64,000 nucleotides of DNA from Phyllosticta citribraziliensis. Taxonomy: Eukaryota. The notes under the pieces are model-generated. The model was not told where the DNA came from. It saw nothing but the letters and a program-made list of their open reading frames with translations, and did no database searches. The translations under genes and the position numbers were made by a program. Positions within the stretch are counted from its first letter, which is position 1; every line of letters begins with the position of its first letter. The stretch lies in assembly GCF_038025025.1 (NCBI RefSeq), contig NW_027117339.1:2294001-2358000 (forward strand), in the 5' to 3' direction. Shown piece by piece: positions 60,176 to 64,000 of this stretch.

Positions 60176-62287
60176 CTACGTCCGACAAACCATCCACTCA
60201 ACGCCCCTCGGCACGCCCTCGACCTCCCCTTCCCACCTCCCCCTTTCTCTCTCCCTCTCCCTGTCCTCTTGGCTCGGTCCCTTCTTGCCACCGCCGCCGC
60301 CGCCGCCGCCGCCAAAAGCAAACGCCCCGCTGGCCTCGAAATCGACGCCCGGCGGCGCTCGCGGCAACCCCGTCAACCGATCCCTCTCATCCTCGCAGCA
60401 GCCGCCGTCGCCAGCAGACGCCGAGTGGAAGCGCGACAGCGTCGCCACGCTCGACGCGCTGGTCGTGGGGCGCTGCTGTTGCTGTTGCGGAAACGCGAGG
60501 CGCTGCTGCTGCTGCTGCTGCTGCTGCTGAAAACTGTTGTCGGTGTTACCGTTCATGATGTGGCTGTTGCTGCTGTGGGCGCGGGCTACGGGCGGCTTGG
60601 GGGACAGCGGGTGCTCCAGGGGCGCGTACGGCGCCATGGATGACGACGGCGACTTGGGCCGCGTGGTTGGCGTCGACAAGGCGCTGAGGCTGCGGAGCGG
60701 CATGCCGGGGCGAGAGAGGGAGGGAGATGGCGAGTTGGGCGACGCCGAGCGCGAGGGCGGGTTCGGCGCCAGCGGGTGCGTTATGGAGAGGGAACGGGGG
60801 TGGTGGGGGGAACGCATGGGTGGGGGGAGGGAGTGCGGGGAGAGGGTTAGGGAGCGTGCGTGGTGCGGCATTACCGGTGGCCGCTGTTGCTGCTGTTGCT
60901 GATGGTATTGGTGTTGATGGGGGACGGCGGATGGTCGAGGCTGCTGCAGCATTTGAGGCTTTGGGGCCTGTCCGAGCGGCGACACGACATCATCGCCCAC
61001 ACCGGAAGGAAAGTGATCACCCCCATTCGACGTTGTCTCGTCAGGGGTCAGGGGCAAAGGGGGATGGATCGCCAGAGACGGGGTGTTCATGGTAGGGGTA
61101 GCCATATTGGACGTCGACTCGACGACAGCCACCTCGGCACTCCTGTCCAAAACCGCGGCATCCGCATGACAGGAGCAAGTCTGCGGTCCGCTCGGCAGCG
61201 CCTGGATATTGACCTTGCTGTCATGCCGCTCGAGCTGCTCAGGGGCTACGTAGACGGGCTGGTACACATATCTGCCCTTTGGTTTGGGAGACGTGACGGT
61301 TGGTGGCGGCTGCGACTGAGGCTGCGGGTCAAACCGAATGGGGTTCTGCTCAGGTTGCTGATGCTGCAATGCCTGGACGGTAGAAGGCTGAGGTAGTGGT
61401 GGTGCTTGGTGACCCGTGTGCAATGGCGACACGGCAGAGTCGCGGGCCGGGCCAGTAGGTACATGGAGCGGCGGCGGTGGCACCTCGTACGCGTTGCCCG
61501 TCGGGTAGGGAGGATTCGTGGCATGGGGTACAGCGTGCGTCGTCGAGGGCGAGGTGGGCGCCGTGTTCGTCATGGCGTGCTCTTCATCCTTGGTGACGCT
61601 GGCGGTGCCGAATCCGCTGGTGCGGAAGACCGACGACGGCTGCGTCCCAGCCACATGGTGGTGGAAGGAATAGGCGAAGAATAGCAGAGTGGCAAGGAAG
61701 AGGAGCCTGCATTTGGTGGTGCACACGTGGTTAGGATGGAAGAGGATGGAAGCAGAGTAAGACATGGACCGCCGACGTACAGTTCAAAAGCAGCAAAGAC
61801 TGCCGCGGCAACGCCGCATTTCCAGGCCCTGGACACGCTACTGACGCTGTAGTAGTATCCAAAGTACGTGCCGTCGCCATAGTGGCGTATGCCGCTGTAA
61901 ATGCGCTCATAGCTTGCGAGTGCAGTCAAGCTTGCAAGCCAAAGAATCGTGGCAATCGAGTCGAGGGCGAGCGATCCCACCGGGTGAAAAACGCCACGCG
62001 AACCGGCGAGCGGAAAAGTCAGCGGCACAATTGGGAGAAGGGTAAGGATGGCCGTGATCAAGGCAAGAATAAGAGCCGGCCGCAGCTGCGAGGCGCAGAG
62101 TAATCAGTTACAATTCTCCCGAGAGGCCACCACCGCCAATACTCACCACCTGCGCTCCGTCGACCGATATACCGTAGCCGCAGAGGCCAAGGATGATGAT
62201 CGCGAGGACGACTTGAACGCCACGCACGACGCGAAACCAGAGAGGCAGCACCACCTTGCCACTGTGCATCCCGAAAATCTGCGCCAT
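60176..62287 (-). CDS. MARVEL-like four-TM membrane protein with a long P/Q/S-rich tail (introns 62086-62146, 61707-61780)
   Basis: RGVQVVLAIIILGLCGY, LALDSIATILWLASLTALA and AAAVFAAFELLLFLATL match the fungal MARVEL pattern. The exons join in frame via consensus introns, and the tail has polyQ and polyG microsatellites. Confidence 0.82.
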
Positions 62288-63542
62288 TTTGGGACAGGTT
62301 GCCGGCGAGGCGACGGCAAGAAAACAGCAGCTCGTAACGGGGGCTGGCAGCAAGCCACGATGGCTGGAAAATATTGGACCGACACACCTGTTGGCGGCGC
62401 AACAAGCCACCTATGTCAATTGCCGTCGAGGACAAGAAAAATGAAGTCGTACAATTCACGCGAGACAGCAATATTCTGGTCGAGCGTGCTGTAGGAAGGA
62501 AGAACTTCTGGAGAATTCGACCGGGCCAATCTCGTCGCTCCCTTTGATTAAATGGCACGCAGAGGGAGACAAAGCGCGTCGAGGTCGCAGCCAGGGCGAA
62601 CGGATGCGTCGACGTCAGCTCCAACGTGCTGGATACTGGAGCGCAAGGAGCAGCCGTGACAAAGGTTTGTGTGACCGGCGCACTGGCTTGGGACCTTGGC
62701 ATCAAGCGGTTTGTTGATGAACTCGGACATTATAAAAGCATCCATGAGCGACAACGGTTTCTGCGTCACGTCAGTTGGTGGAAGATGAACAAAAAGCTGT
62801 CTGAATCAAATGGCCTACCGGTTTGAAGTTTTGCCAAGCAGTGTCGAAGTCGTGAGACAGGCCAGGACTAGAACGCTCATCGCCGTCATGAACTTGTAGA
62901 AGGAAATTTTCTAGAGGCGAACGTCACAGGCCCAATTCATCTCTTTGGAAAAAAGCTAAAATAGGTATCGAACGGCTTCAACCAGAGATGCAAAAGGATA
63001 ACAAAGACGATTGAGCGGCAAATAACAAACATGAACAACGAAGAAAGTCGTAACCTGGCCGTGGGACGCATCCACGCTTGAAAAGCCCGACAGAAAAGCC
63101 TGATGATGGTGTTGTACAGTACGATTGTAGTGAGCCTAGCACGGTAAGCTGCGAGACAAGGACTTGAAGACCTCTCCAGCATGCACACCCAACTTTTTTC
63201 GCAGTTAGACGACGAAGAAGGAAACAAAAAGGAAAAAGAATTCTACCGACGATGAGCTGAAAAGGAGACGTCGCGAGAGAAGATTCGACCGCCTTGCTTC
63301 GATCTTGACAGTGAAAACGCCAAATTCCCCCTGCTTTCGTGGGTGGCCAACCGTCCCAGCGCTCCAAGCAAACCCACACGCAATGTTCTTTGCAAAGTCG
63401 CCATCGTGTACTGGACTTTGGCAGCACTCCTGACGCCTTGGGCCGATCCTGATGTGGATGGATGGTAAAACTCCACCGGCGCCAGTATGATAGTACAACG
63501 CGTTAAGGAACATTAAACCACGGATCTTCCGTCCTTGGTGAA

Positions 63543-64000
63543 TTAGCGGCCCTGTTGTTGTGGCGAAAGCTGCGCCCGCAGTTGCGCAACTTCGTCTTGT
63601 AGTGCCATTATTCTTGCATTAGCTTCGTCCTGTCCTCTCACCATGCGCTGCTCCAGGGTTCGGATGTACTCCCAGAGATCGGGTTCACGGCCACCAAAGT
63701 ATTCGCGCAGGCTTCCGCCGCTGCTGGGGCCGTGGCTCGACAAGCTGCCCTGGTTCGACGAGCCGCCCGATGCAGAAATTTGGTTGTGGAGCATGCTGGG
63801 GCCAGGCTGACCAGACTGAGATCCCGCCTTTTGGTGTCCAGCGCTCATCTTGTTCACAGGTATGCGCATGTCGTTGGAGAGGCCTGGGAGAGAAGGAAGG
63901 TGAGGGCCGGGCGCGTGTGAGGTGCTAACTGGAGGAGGGAGGCTCATGGGGGATGAACCCCTTCCAATACCTCTTTGTTGGTATTGCTGGTGAGCTTGCT
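63543..64000 (-). CDS. C-terminal part of a gene running off the window; low-complexity region plus terminal coiled coil (possibly a transcription factor)
   Basis: The open frame ends DLWEYIRTLEQRMVRGQDEANARIMALQDEVAQLRAQL...QGR*. The 5' part is outside the window. Confidence 0.7.
   Translation of the reverse strand, partial: QAHQQYQQRGIGRGSSPMSLPPPVSTSHAPGPHLPSLPGLSNDMRIPVNKMSAGHQKAGSQSGQPGPSMLHNQISASGGSSNQGSLSSHGPSSGGSLREYFGGREPDLWEYIRTLEQRMVRGQDEANARIMALQDEVAQLRAQLSPQQQGR

Overview
GC-rich genomic DNA from a filamentous ascomycete (Pezizomycotina; probably Dothideomycete-like, which is inference). It has short GT-AG spliceosomal introns with CTRAC/CTCAC branch sites. About 17 protein-coding genes can be modelled by eye: EAF6 and TFIIS (head-to-head), SF3B1/HSH155, vacuolar alpha-mannosidase AMS1, an orphan gene, MDM38/LETM1 and mitochondrial ADK2 (head-to-head), SNX4/ATG24, a ~1500-aa coiled-coil protein, a GliK-like gamma-glutamyl cyclotransferase, a nitronate monooxygenase, the BEM3 RhoGAP, an F-box protein, a conserved hypothetical protein, a GCK-III/MST kinase, a MARVEL-type membrane protein, and a gene truncated by the window end. 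Most of the window is housekeeping. The unusual items are: (1) an intronless orphan gene encoding a membrane-anchored protein with four RVxF-type PP1-docking motifs, three of them in tandem repeats, followed directly by a 2 x 221 bp duplication; (2) a tRNA-like Pol III gene with a non-canonical anticodon arm (G33, 8-bp extended stem); (3) two ~150-bp Tc1/mariner-type MITE relics between ADK2 and SNX4, one with a micro-inversion inside its TIR; (4) a possible meiotic-axis-like large protein. Exon boundaries were read manually and no database searches were run.
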